DNA from: Octopus sinensis | Lineage: Eukaryota | Direction: 5' to 3' | Assembly: GCF_006345805.1 (NCBI RefSeq) | Contig: NC_043005.1 | Span: 105,338,001 to 105,402,000, forward strand | DNA: 64,000 nt | Shown: positions 1-12,353 of the stretch, one piece after another | Layout of the letters: the number at the start of each line of letters is the position of its first letter | Numbering within the stretch: position 1 is the stretch's first letter | The notes under the pieces: model-generated | Database searches by the model: none | Seen by the model: the letters and a program-made list of their open reading frames with translations, nothing else | Told to the model about the DNA's origin: nothing | Position numbers and translations under genes: made by a program

Positions 1-230
1 ATATGTATATATGCATATATACTTGTATGTGCGTATATAATTATATATATATATTTATATATAATTTATATACGCATATATATTGTGTATGTGTATATAT
101 ATATGTATGTGTATATGTATGCATATATATGTATGTGTGTATATACATATATATGTGTGCGTGTATATATATAATTATAAACATATATAAAAGTATAAAT
201 GTGTGTGTGTGTGTGTGTGTGTGTGCGCGT
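1..230. repeat. compound (TA)n/(TG)n microsatellite
   Basis: Alternating TA/TG dinucleotide runs seen directly. Confidence 0.95.
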
Positions 231-261
231 CAGGCAAGTGTCATTCCTTTCAGTTTTAGAC

Positions 262-350
262 GGGGAGTTCAATTTCCGCGCTGGTGGACTTTACCTTTTA
301 TCTTTTAGGGGTCGATAAAATAAGTATTACCTCTGTATAACCGGTGTCGA
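262..350 (+). mobile_element. degenerate SINE-A fragment
   Basis: gagttcaatttccgc...ttttatcttttaggggtcgataaaataagt matches the B-box and body of the intact SINE-A copies at 23848 and 24455. Confidence 0.6.
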
Positions 351-409
351 TATTAAAGGCTTTTCTCTCAATTCAAAATTACTTGTCCCACACTAAAATT
401 TGAAACGAT

Positions 410-550
410 ATGCATAAATGTATCTATATACGTATACATATACAGAAATATATATGTATATACATACATTTATAATGTATATATATATATATATATATAA
501 GTACATACATTTTAATATATATATATATATATTATATATACATACATTTA

Positions 551-581
<31 letters not shown>

Positions 582-1000
582 CTATACTACACTTATAATG
601 TATATATATATATAATATATATAACATTTATAATGTATATATATTATATATATATATATATATATTCTTTTATTCTTTTATTCTTTTACTTGTTTCAGTC
701 ATTTGACTGCGGCCATGCTGGAGCACCCCTTTAATCGAGCGATTCGACCCCGGACTTATTCTTTTGTAAGCCCAGTACTTATTCTATCGGTCTATATACA
801 TTTATAATGTATATATATATATATATTATATATACATTTATAATGTATATATATATATATATATATATATTAACAGATGTATACATGAATGTATGTATAT
901 ATATATATATATGTTTGTATATGTATACATTTATATGTGTGCGTGTATGTATATCCATGTGTTCTTATGTGTATATATATATATATATATGCACACAATG
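410..1000. repeat. (TA)n microsatellite block with recurring 'atacatttataatgtat' unit, interrupted by a SINE-B piece
   Basis: Seen directly. Confidence 0.9.
665..793 (-). mobile_element. SINE-B 3' fragment
   Basis: tacttgtttcagtcatttgactgcggccatgctggagcac...gtacttattctatcggtct, shared with copies at 3737, 12354 and 29037. Confidence 0.85.
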
Positions 1001-1532
1001 TACACACTTATATAACCATATATTTTCAAAGAGGCACCACACCTCTGATTTGCGCCGCTGCCACTTCTTCCAGCCACAATATTATCCCCACACACAGCCT
1101 TTCCATTTTATTTTTATATTTTCCAGTCGTCCTTTACAATCGGACTTCATGGACAATATCCCTTCACTGTTTCCTGTCGACGATGCTCACACGTTTTTGT
1201 CCGCTGTCTTTGTTTCATTCTCCTCCTTTTCTCTCTCCACCCTTAAATTTCTCCCTACCAACGTTTATACTGCTTACTGTGTGCATGACTCCCATCCATC
1301 CACACCAATCTTGGCTCTTATTACAGTAATAATTAGTAAGTTACTAAGAACACCATCTACCTATCTCAGCTTGTGCATCACTATCGCCTGCCACCTCTCT
1401 CCCTCTACAACTTAAGTAAAAGTAGGGATAGCTTACCTACTACTTTATATATTTTTGTCTATCCTTTCCTCCACTCTTCTAAGTACTTAAGGCTATCATT
1501 TCATATTTCTTTTCTCTGTCTGTCTGTCTTTA

Positions 1533-1566
<34 letters not shown>

Positions 1567-2364
1567 TTCTGCAATATCACTTTTCCACTTTTGTCTTTAA
1601 AACTTAACTCACACATTTCGTTAGAATCCACTTAAATCGTCTTCAGTCTATTCCACGGCGCACAACCCAAGGCAACATATTCTACTGTGTACTATTACTG
1701 ACTCTAAATTAAATTATATGCCTTATTATTCTCAATGTACCTATGTCACACTCCTGCAAAAAAAAAAAAAAAAAAGAGCATAGAATACGCTGATTTGGTT
1801 TTTCTTTTACGTAGGGAAAGGAATGAAAAATAAATAGATAAAATGTTTTCGTGTAAAACTCTAGCCGAGCAATTCAAGCCATCCTCAAATATATTCGATG
1901 TATAACTGCTTCGGACAATATGCTTTCTCCATATCATCGTTTTGCGCCATTAACAAAAACATCTTCACTCCCGCAATACCATTTCTGCGAACAATATTTC
2001 AGCTGTTGACTCAATCATTTCAACGTCAAACAACATTAAAAATAACATGAGTTTTATCCGTAGCAGGCATAATGATGTTGCTAACTACCATAAAGGTCTG
2101 TTTTGATTGGGAGGAAATATAGTCAACTAAAATCAAAACACTATTTCGCGATTGTTTCACCCGATCAAATGTGCTCTGTTGAAAACGTAGAATATACGCA
2201 TACACGCATGCGAAATTGTGTGTGTGTATGCGCACGCGCTTGTGTTTTAATATAACACAGATGCGTATACATGTGTGGGCGTATATGTGTAAATATCAAC
2301 ACATACACACAAAGGTGTGTCTATTAATAGATGTGTGCGTGTATACATATACACTCACACACTG

Positions 2365-2660
2365 TGAAGGTAAAGGTCTAGGTACAATATAGCGGAATGG
2401 TTAAGGAGCTTCATGCTCACCCCCATATCATAGCATCTTACACGATGATCATTTTTCTATACCCTCGAATTGACATGCACTTTGTGAGTACCAACTGGAA
2501 AATAGCATCTACATAATTCTTTGTGTAGATTTTACCTGTGAATTAACGTTAATACTGTACACCTTGGAAAGCTCACCTACTTACACGTTAATTCAGGAGC
2601 AGGTAATTCAGTTTTTCCAACAACTGCATTGTCAGTGCTCAGCGACGGAGAACCAACTAA
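2365..2660 (+). mobile_element. old SINE with a SINE-D-like 3' end
   Basis: acttacacgttaattcaggagcagg...cgacggag resembles the 3' end of the SINE-D copy (reverse complement of 42170-42270); A-box-like start gcggaatggttaag. Confidence 0.4.
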
Positions 2661-2689
2661 GTGTTTGAGTACAAGTGTGAGTCAATATA

Positions 2690-2811
2690 TATATGTGTGT
2701 GTTTATGTATGTATATGTATGTGTATATATATGTATATATATGTATGTATATATATGTATGCATGTATATATGTATAAATATATATATGAATGCATGTAT
2801 ATATGTTATGT

Positions 2812-2845
<34 letters not shown>

Positions 2846-3338
2846 GATTATCTAGATCATATACCTATATAAATATGATGATGATGATATATATATAGAT
2901 CTATATATATATATATATTATATATATATGTATCTATATACATATATATATCTATATATATAATATCGTATCTATATAACATATATATTATCTATATAAT
3001 ATATGTATTTATAAGATACAGTATATATATGTATCTATATATATGGTATACCATGTATCTAGATATGTGTGTATAAATATATAGGTTACATTATTGTATA
3101 TATATGCGGTGTTATTTAGTATATATATGTGTTGTTATATATATATGTATATATATATGTGTATATACATATGTATGTATATGAGCTCTATTTCTAGCAC
3201 TAGAGTTAACCTATTAACGTAATATTCTCTATATGTACGGATATATATGTATTATATATATATAATATAGTATATATATATATATTATATATGTTTATAG
3301 ATATATATATATATATATATTATTATGTATATGTATAT

Positions 3339-3369
<31 letters not shown>

Positions 3370-3735
3370 GTCTATATTATATATATATATTATGTATATG
3401 TTGTATATATTATATATGGACATATATATATATATATGTACATATATATATATATATGTACATATATATATATATATGTACATTATATATTATATATGTA
3501 CATATATATATATATATGTACATACCTATATATATATATGTACATACTATATATATATATGTACATATATAGGTCTCTTTCTTTTGTTGTCTTCCTGTTT
3601 TTATTTATCAATATATATATGTATATATATACATACATACACACACACATATATATATATATACATACACACATATATAGATGCATATATATATCTATAC
3701 ACACACACATATATATATATACATACACATCTATA
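2690..3735. repeat. large degenerate (TA)n block, including ~20-22 bp (TA)nTGTACA higher-order units at ~3420-3570
   Basis: Seen directly. Confidence 0.9.
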
Positions 3736-3736
3736 T

Positions 3737-4116
3737 TACTCTTTACTCTTTTACTTGTTTCAGTCATGTGAATACAGTCATGCTGGAGTACCACCTTTAG
3801 ACAAGCAAATCAACCCCAGGACTTATTCTTTGTAAGCCTACTACTTATACTATTGGTCTCTTTTGCCGAACCACTAAGTTATGGGGATATAAACTCACCA
3901 GTATCTGTTGTCAAGCTATGTTGGGGGACACAAACGCACACATATATATATAAGATGGGCTTCTTTCAGTTTCTGTGTAGCAAATCCACTCACAAGGCTT
4001 TGGTCGGCCCGAGGCTATAGTAGAAGACACTTGCCCAAGGTGCCACGAAGTGGGACTGATCTTCGAACCATGTTGTTGCTAAACAAGCTGCTTACCACAC
4101 AGCCACTCCTGCACCT
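3737..4116 (-). mobile_element. SINE-B, near full length (tRNA-derived head, internal microsatellite, aagtaaaagag tail)
   Basis: Minus-strand head aggtgcaggagtggctgtgtggtaag (A-box-like) and a B-box-like cagtccc; body shared by many copies in the window. Confidence 0.9.
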
Positions 4117-4129
4117 ACACAGCCTATAT

Positions 4130-4145
4130 ATATACGCACATGTAT

Positions 4146-4176
<31 letters not shown>

Positions 4177-4243
4177 CACACACACACACACATATATATA
4201 CACACACACACACATATATATACACACACACACACATATATAT

Positions 4244-4292
<49 letters not shown>

Positions 4293-4325
4293 TACACACA
4301 CATACACATATGCATATATAAATGT
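4130..4325. repeat. higher-order (TA)n(CA)n microsatellite
   Basis: About 4 tandem ~22-24 bp units tatatatacacacacacacaca. Confidence 0.9.
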
Positions 4326-4444
4326 ATATGTGTACTTTTTCAATGTTTACAAATAGCGGAAAACTAATAATGGTCATATATTGATTTCGGTGTGTACATA
4401 TAAATATATGTATATATAGTAAGAATATATATAGTAAGAATTTA

Positions 4445-4915
4445 CAAAAAAACAAAAATCGAAGACGGATGTGTAAACAACAAATAGATGTATTAGTTTA
4501 ACACTCGGGAAGTGAGAAAGTCTTTTACGTTTCGAGCCTAAGCTCTTCAACAGAAAGAAACACGGAAATAAACAGCAAGAGAAATCAAAAACGGTTTACA
4601 GGCTAGTGATCTATCAAGGCGAATGCTGGACAGAGGGGTCACACAGGAGAGCTAGGAAGCAAGGGGGATAATAAAGTAGTGGATATCCTAAAATGAAGGC
4701 GCACATGCCTGTGGAAGGGGGCTGTTGACCTAGACATGTGTGAGTGCTGGGGATGTGGTCTGTGCTAGCGTGTGCGTTAGTGTGGTTGCTGGGAAGTGGT
4801 CAGTGGAAGTGTGTGCAGGGTGGGGTGGAATGGAATGTATAGGAATGGGCGGTTAAAATATGTAGGGTGGGGTAACGAGAGAGGGGTGATGATGTAGGGA
4901 GAAGGTGGGTAGGAG
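4445..4915 (-). mobile_element. Penelope-like element terminal fragment (non-coding)
   Basis: C/T-rich body on the minus strand, ending in ctgttgaagagcttaggctcgaaacgt. This has the CTGANGAA..CGAAAC pattern typical of Penelope-like element ends; family assignment is inference. Confidence 0.5.
4521..4558 (-). ncRNA. minimal type I hammerhead ribozyme-like motif (A6U variant)
   Basis: UCUUU-CUGUUGA-A-GAGC(UUAG)GCUC-GAA-ACGU-A-AAAGA: 5-bp helix I, 4-bp helix II, palindromic ACGU in place of helix III, GUA cleavage triplet. Confidence 0.55.
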
Positions 4916-5170
4916 TGATATATATATATGAATATATTATGTGTATACATATGTATATATATAGTATATGTTTTATATATATATATATATATCATCATCA
5001 TCATTTAGCGTCCGCTTTATATATATATATATATATGCATGTATATATACATGTGTATCTGAATGTACATGCATATATGTATGCATGCGTGTATGTGTGT
5101 ATATATAATATATATATATATATATACACACATATGTGTCTATATATATATACATACATACACATCATAT
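4915..5170. repeat. (TA)n/(TG)n microsatellite with a short (CAT)n SINE-C tail remnant at ~4992-5020
   Basis: Seen directly. Confidence 0.85.
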
Positions 5171-8100
5171 GTGGAAACTGACTGTCTTTTTAAGTCTATA
5201 AGTGCTGCTTGAGTACACTTTGATACACTGCAGGTGTACTTTTCATGTGAGAATGCAAGTTTTATTACGTTTAATTTACCCTGGACAATGCTGTCAGGAA
5301 TAAGGTTTATAAAGGGACGGAATTATTTTACCGTATTTCAATGCACCATATATCCACTGTCTGCTGAAGTACTTCAGAGTGTTGGAAAACATGATTTCAT
5401 TACAGTCTGTGATACAACATTAGCATGTTCTTTTTTCTCATGTTAGTTAGGAGTTGGATTGTGATACAATTTTACAAGTTACATAAAATTTTATGGATTG
5501 TTTAAAGATCTTAAAACCCACTAGCATGTTGATAAAGATTGAGCTTTTTTTCTGTTAGGACTGTCAATAGAGGGTGCGTTTGCTTTAAATAATTTTTACA
5601 GGTCTGACAGTTAGTGCTGTATATATGAAAGAGAAAATAAGTTTGTGGCATTAATATTGTTACTCAATACACTGATTCCTATTTAGATGTGTTCCCATTA
5701 ATGATATGAATTTCTATTAGCACAGAGGCATCTAGGTTAGGTTGACCTGTTACAATTCTCAATATTTTGGTGCCATTTCATTTTTCATTGCTTTGCTGTG
5801 TATATTCTAAATTGCCTATGAAAATTTTTTCTTTAGAAGATGATTTGGAGATTAATAGCTTAATTAAAATATATTAATAATGTAGTTTGATATTCTGTAT
5901 ATGCTTGTAATTTTCCTTTTTTTTTTTTAATAGGGATAGTGTATTATGTAAATTAAGCGTTACTTGTAAACAAAACTTTCTTTGATCAACCTCTACTGTA
6001 ATTATAAAACTTACTTCTTTATAGAGTTTGGAGATGACTTATTGGAATTGTCAGTTAAAATTTCAGGAAACAGTAAGGCCATAACTGTATATAAATCTCC
6101 AAGTACAAAATGTAACAGCTTTGAAATAAGAAATGTCAACAAGTTCCTTGCTTCCACTGTGTTCATCACTTCAAAAGATACAAAACTAGGCTCAATATGT
6201 TGCTTTCTTCCCACCTATGGGGCATTGTTGAAGAACAGAATGGATTATCTAGTCTCTAAAATGGTCTCCATAGCAGGTTTGGTGAGGCTGATAGCTTTTC
6301 AATGTTAAAAGCAGTATTAAGGAAGGGTTAAATCATATAAATGTAATAAATAATTCCATGTATCAAATGGAGAAAAACAGCATTTGTTTGTATTTTAGAG
6401 GAAATGTAGCAAATTAAGAAGGTTGAATATACACTTAATATTAGGCATAGCTCAGTTAGGAAAGTGTTAGCCTGAAGATCTAAAGATCCCTTGTTTAATA
6501 CCAGGTTTCAGCATCTGGTTGCTGGTCTGCTTTCTTTTTCTTTTCTTCACATTCTATTTTCATTCAAATTTTCATTTATGTCAGTTATGGATTTACTTAT
6601 TGATGCAATGTCTGTTCTTAAGGGATTCTTGTCTAGTAGATAGATGGTCGAAAATTTTGGCTTGTGGTCATTTAAAGTAATGTATGGCACCAAAGGGGGT
6701 TGATATGCTTCTGTTTTCAGTATTGAGTTTCATAATAATGCTTTGAGACTTATTAACTTCCTTGAAGATAACAATGTGATTTGTTTGTTTGTTTGTTTTT
6801 TGGTTATATTTATGATAAAATACAAAATCAATTGGTGATAGTATTTTTTTTTTTTTTTTTTGGTCATATTAGATTTTCAAAACTATTTCCCCCATGAAAT
6901 GTGAATGATTTTTCTGCAGAAGTCTTTTAAAAATTATTAGTTCAGTTCCTGAATGTTATGTCCTTTGTTTATCTTAAGAATTAACCTGGTTTTTGAAAGC
7001 TTGGAGGCTGAAACTGGCAAAATAGCTTTTTTATAGTGTGTTATCTGTTGAGTCATTATCATTATAATTTTTTTCAAAGAGACATTCAGTAAAAATGCAT
7101 TTAAAAGAACTTTTTCATAGTGGAATTGGAATATATTCTTCATCATGAAAAGTATATATATATAGATTAGAGGTTTGATATCTGGTGGAACCATTGCTGC
7201 CCAAATACAAATACATATAATTAGAAATAAGCACAGATACACACATGTAGTCCCATTTTACATACCTTCAGCACCACAGTTAAATATCATCTTCTTTCAT
7301 TTTTATTAATCCATTCTTTTTCAATTATTACTATTTACCATATCCCCAAACTATGATTTTGACCCATTTTATTTAAAGCAAATGAACCAACTGACTACAA
7401 ACTATTTATAGAATCTTTTCTTTGCACAGTGTATACATGTGAAGTCCTTTCAACTTCAAAACCTAAAATTTCAATTACAGCTGATATATAACTGTCAGTG
7501 CAATTTTCTAACAACTAAGCCCATTTCATTAAAAAAAATTCTTCCAAAGCATCTCCATACATTTTAGAGTTTTACAAACTAGAAATCCTCATATCAAAAC
7601 CGTTTGAAGAAGACTTAGATCAGTAAGTAAATAAATAGTAAATATGAATATATATATATATATATACACACACACATATACAACACCCCACTAATCATGC
7701 ATGAATATGCACATCAAAACCTGTGGTAATGAATGAAGTAAAGGCACACCTGAGGTTTTCTAACCCATAACAGAATATACTAGCCAGTATTATAGGCAGG
7801 TATAGTCACAGTTCACCAGTAAGCAATGCAGCTGATTTCTTTGTTGAAATTCTATGGGGTCCTGGAGATGGGTCTTAGTCTTGCCAAATTAAAAGATATG
7901 TTTGTGATTGGGAGAGCCCATAGTTAGGACTAACCATAAAAAGGAAAGAGGAAAAGAGAGCAAAAGGTGTTCTCAATCGAGTCAACACCTGACTTATCAA
8001 ATAAGTTAAATTTTAAACATCATTAAGGATTTTATTTTTGCCTATTCGCTTGGATAATATATTTATTTATTGATGAAGATTAACAGAAACAACAGTTTGC

Positions 8101-8172
8101 AGAAACATCATAGTCACCTTGTAAGGATATGAATGCATTTAAAGGTACAATAATTTGTTTTTACTAATACAT

Positions 8173-8285
8173 GCAGGACTGGCTGTGCGGTTAAGAAGCT
8201 TGCTTCTGAACCATATGGTCTTAGGTACAGTCCCACTGCTTGACACCTTGGGCAACAGTCTTGCTGCATAAGGGCTTGTGAGTGT
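8173..8285 (+). mobile_element. SINE-B head fragment
   Basis: gcaggactggctgtgcggttaagaagcttgcttc...cagtcccactg...accttgggcaa. Confidence 0.75.
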
Positions 8286-8289
8286 ATGT

Positions 8290-8304
8290 ATAGGTATAGA
8301 TATA

Positions 8305-8338
<34 letters not shown>

Positions 8339-8357
8339 GATATGTGTATATATGTGT

Positions 8358-8389
<32 letters not shown>

Positions 8390-8480
8390 ATATAATATTG
8401 GATATATAGATAGATAGACATATTATGTATATATATATATAAAAATATATAGATATATGGATATATAGATAGATAGACAG

Positions 8481-8518
<38 letters not shown>

Positions 8519-8595
8519 ATAGATATATAGATAGACAGATATGTATGTATGTATATATATATATATAGATAGATAGACAGATATGTTTGTGTGTA

Positions 8596-8645
<50 letters not shown>

Positions 8646-8725
8646 TAGATAGAGAGATAGATAGATAGATATGTATATATGTATGTATATGTATATATAT
8701 ATATATATAACAAAAATAAATACAT
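8290..8725. repeat. (TA)n/(GATA)n compound microsatellite
   Basis: Seen directly. Confidence 0.9.
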
Positions 8726-10400
8726 ATAGAGACTGAAACGGTGAGCCGGCGACTACTGGAGTCGCCTTCTTGTCTACTCCATCTGTTGCGAAGTGAATGT
8801 TCTGCTAAGTCAGGGGTGGGGAAAGTTCACAATGTGACTGTATTAGTTGGCGATTACATAGTTACCTAAATAAATTAGCGAAAGCGTGGTATTTGCTAAT
8901 GATAAGTCGTATATGATTCCTAGTGATGGCCAGTATGTGTGTGTGTGTATACAAACATTTTGTTACTCCAGTACTTGACTAGAAGTTATTTTTTGAGTTC
9001 AGCGTAAGTTGTGATATAAATAATTCCTAGGTTTTAAAATCCGAGGTTCACACCTGAAACATCACTGTTGCCGTCATCTACCTGATTTAACTACGGGTTG
9101 TGTTTTCTCTGTATTCACATAAGTGCGTGTGTGGAAGAGAGAAAGAATGTGTGTGTAATTGAATGAGGGATGATAGAAAAAATGCTTGCCTATGCTTCAC
9201 ATTGCTGTGTATACATTATTTGTCAGGTCCAAGTCGGCCGTGTTCAAATAGGCCTATGATCAAAAGTCTTCTAACTACGAACATCTTTTTATATATAAGC
9301 CTCATGACCTTAACATGTTTTTTTTTACCCCTCGGAAGATTGGTATCTTTCTGATTTAAGAAATGTATATAAACGTATGTATTAATAGCATACAATGAAT
9401 GGGAACATAACGATAAAATTTTAACGGGACAGGACAACTAGTTGTCATCCTCCATCTCACACGCGCACACACACACACACACAAATACATATTTATGTAT
9501 ATACCGATTATAGCGAAGTCTGTTATACTCACACACACATCAACGAGAAATAATCTGGTGCCAAAACAGAATAGATGTATGTCTGCTATCCATCCATACC
9601 TACCTACCTACCTACATACATACATACGTGTGTGTGTGTGTGTTAAGTACATGTATATACATTAGTAGGTAAAGAAAGTCAAATGTGTATGAGCGATAAG
9701 TAACCAATCATGGGACAAGTGGTGAAAGCAGACGGTATCATAGCAAAAGATGAAACAGAAGATGTGATGCGGGGGTCTACGATATCTGTGAAGCATGTAG
9801 CTACATGCGGAGATGGGATGCTGCAACAAAGACAACCAAAAAACCAGTTAGTTTCCATATGGAACATTACACCACTTTCCTAGATCCACAAACAGCAGCC
9901 CATGTTTAGCACATAATGATTAGCGCTACGCAGTCGATCGAATTCTTAGAAATGGCAGTTAAATCCCTGTTAAACTTCACATTAATGTCTTAAAAAACAA
10001 AATAACATATTACGTTATGTGGGCCTGGGTTCCCTCAACGCAGGAGAAAATTAGCTGATTGCGGGCGAAATACATACGATAGCAGGTCTGTTCGACCAGA
10101 GTGAAAATACAATAGCAACTCTACATTGAAAGCACTTGAAAAAGATGAAAATGAGAAAAGCGCGCATGCGCGTGCGTGGACACGCACACACGTGCATGCA
10201 TGCATGCATACACACACACACACACCGCACATACATACATACATATATGAAGAGAGAGAGAGAGAGAAAGAGAGAGGGGAAAGGAGAGAGATGAAAAAGA
10301 GCAAAGACGAATTGGCAGTGACATAGTGTCAGATAAAATATTGTAATTTGTTCCAACAGTGATCTGAGTTCAAATACTGCTGAGGTTGACATTGCCTTTC
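8725..10400. promoter_or_regulatory. CpG-retaining, promoter-like region
   Basis: Visibly more CpG than the flanks; NRF1-type palindrome CGCGCATGCGCG at 10161-10172; GA tract. No transcription evidence. Confidence 0.35.
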
Positions 10401-10799
10401 CATATTTTAGAGCATTGAGTAGGAAGTCTAACTGTATCTATACTCACTCTGTGCAATCTTAGTTAACATCTCGGAGTGTGGGGTGGAGTTACAGAAAAGA
10501 AGAAAAAGCAGTAACATTTTACTCGTTAGTTACGACCAGAGCAATCCTTAACATTATAGCCCTCCCTGCAGTCAAAACAATACATTGGGGCCTCTATATA
10601 CACATGACCACAGAATACATGGATTAGCATTGCTACACACTAACCTGTAAATTTACCTTGTGTGATTCCATTGCCTTATGACAACTTAGATTATGACTCA
10701 ATTATCAGCAATTTTAACACAAATGGAAACAAAATTTTCTTGATTCAGTTGATAAATTGACTGCCAAGAATGTTTATAGGATAAAAAGGTCCCTTTTAA

Positions 10800-11125
10800 G
10801 CTGTGTGGTTTTGGGTTCTGTCCCACTGAAAGTTATCATAGCAAGAGTCTTCTACCATAGCCCCATACCAACAAATGCCTTGTGAGTGAATTTGGTAAAT
10901 GGAAACTGTATAGAAGCCTGTCTTGTACATGCCTTTGTGTCCAAGTTTGTCTCCCACCTCTACCTTTGCTGCTGCACAATCAATGCTGGTTTGTTTAAAT
11001 CACTGTAACTTAGCACCATGGCAAAAGAAATGAATACAATAAATATCAGACTTAGAATATAAATACTGGAGTATTTAAGGTAGTACCTCAGCATGGCTAC
11101 TGTCCAATGAATGAAGCAAAAGAGA
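10800..11125 (+). mobile_element. old SINE-B copy
   Basis: gctgtgtgg...gggttctgtcccactg...ccttgtgagtgaatttggtaaatggaaactg...gtaacttagc...cagcatggc. Confidence 0.65.
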
Positions 11126-11668
11126 TGTACATATATACATAAATATATATATATGTATTTATATACATATTGTTAAATTTGGTGATGGTCATTTTTTTGC
11201 CAATTAACCTATACACATGGTCTTCACTTCAACTTCATTATTACTCTTATTTCAGTATCCTTTGAAATCTTTTGTCGCACACCTCTGACCTCTTCAGTGA
11301 CTCTCCATATACACATGTGTATTTATATATATGCACACACGTGTGTATAATATGCACCTGCATATATACTTTTGTATATAGTGAGACATATACATGTATT
11401 TATGTGTGTGCATACATGTATATAAGAATGTGTGAATATATAAAAAAGATCTATTCCCCATGAGTCAAGTGTGAAAACTGTGTGCATAAATATAGACATT
11501 ATTCCTTACCAAAACGAATTTGCATTCACAAGGGCAGCATTTAGTAATTTTGTTTTTTAAGGCTCAAGAAAGTGCCCAGTTCCTGTGAAATTTGTAATTC
11601 CCCTCTTCATCAAACAGAGCCTGCACCTTTTTTTTAATTTTTACTTCCATGAAGATATGTCCCAGCAA

Positions 11669-11684
11669 CCTCCAGGTGGCGCTA
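11669..11684 (+). promoter_or_regulatory. CTCF-like motif
   Basis: CCTCCAGGTGGCGCTA versus core CCASYAGRKGGCRS, one mismatch. Confidence 0.35.
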
Positions 11685-12353
11685 TGCAGCATTGCTTCTC
11701 CTTTTAATTACTATATGTAGCTGGCTAAAGTTGTAATATTTCAGTCATGTCTATTGAGTATTTTCCTATATATCTTTGCATAAAATTTTTATCTTCTACT
11801 CTAAGGAATGTCTTACCCATACATGTTTTCATACCAATTCAGAAAGTGAATTTAGGGCTTTCCTCTCGTGGAAGTTGGGACTGCATTTCTAAGTAATGAC
11901 ATCTTCAAATTTACTAGCTGCCAGAGCCAAATCGAAGGAGCTACTACATCAAGTATATTTATTGGAGAATATGTTTAAGATCCTCCAATTGACACACTTT
12001 ATAAGATTTTAAATATTATAGGCAGGAAGCTGCATTGATGTGTGATCATCGTTCGACTTGCAGTAGAGCCAGTATGAACCTGTTGCTGAGCTGAGTGCTA
12101 CATCTAAGAAATGGATTGAAATCAGATTGGCCTCTATAGGAAACTTGAACCCTATGGAAAATTAAGGGCATGGATCACGTATGTCTTGTTCTGTCAGGGT
12201 GTACACACTCCTCACACCTTTAGAAATGGCTAAGGCTTTGCCTCTGATTGTCTGTCTCTCTCTCCCTCCCCCTCTCTCTCTGTATATATATATTTATATA
12301 TGTATGTATGTATGTATGTATGTTTGTATAAATATGTTACTAAGTATATATAT

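Noticed and set aside
5982-6308. Plus-strand 108-aa ORF or exon (EFGDDLLELS...)
   Set aside because: Plausible splice sites but no recognisable homology; it competes with an equally plausible minus-strand reading, and an ORF of this length can occur by chance.
7568-7622. 55-bp plus-strand exon (FYKLEILISKPFEEDLD, gtaagt donor)
   Set aside because: Too short to support and cannot be linked to neighbouring exons.
11268-11298. Second hammerhead (CUGAAGA on the minus strand)
   Set aside because: No GAAA core half and no convincing helix II.
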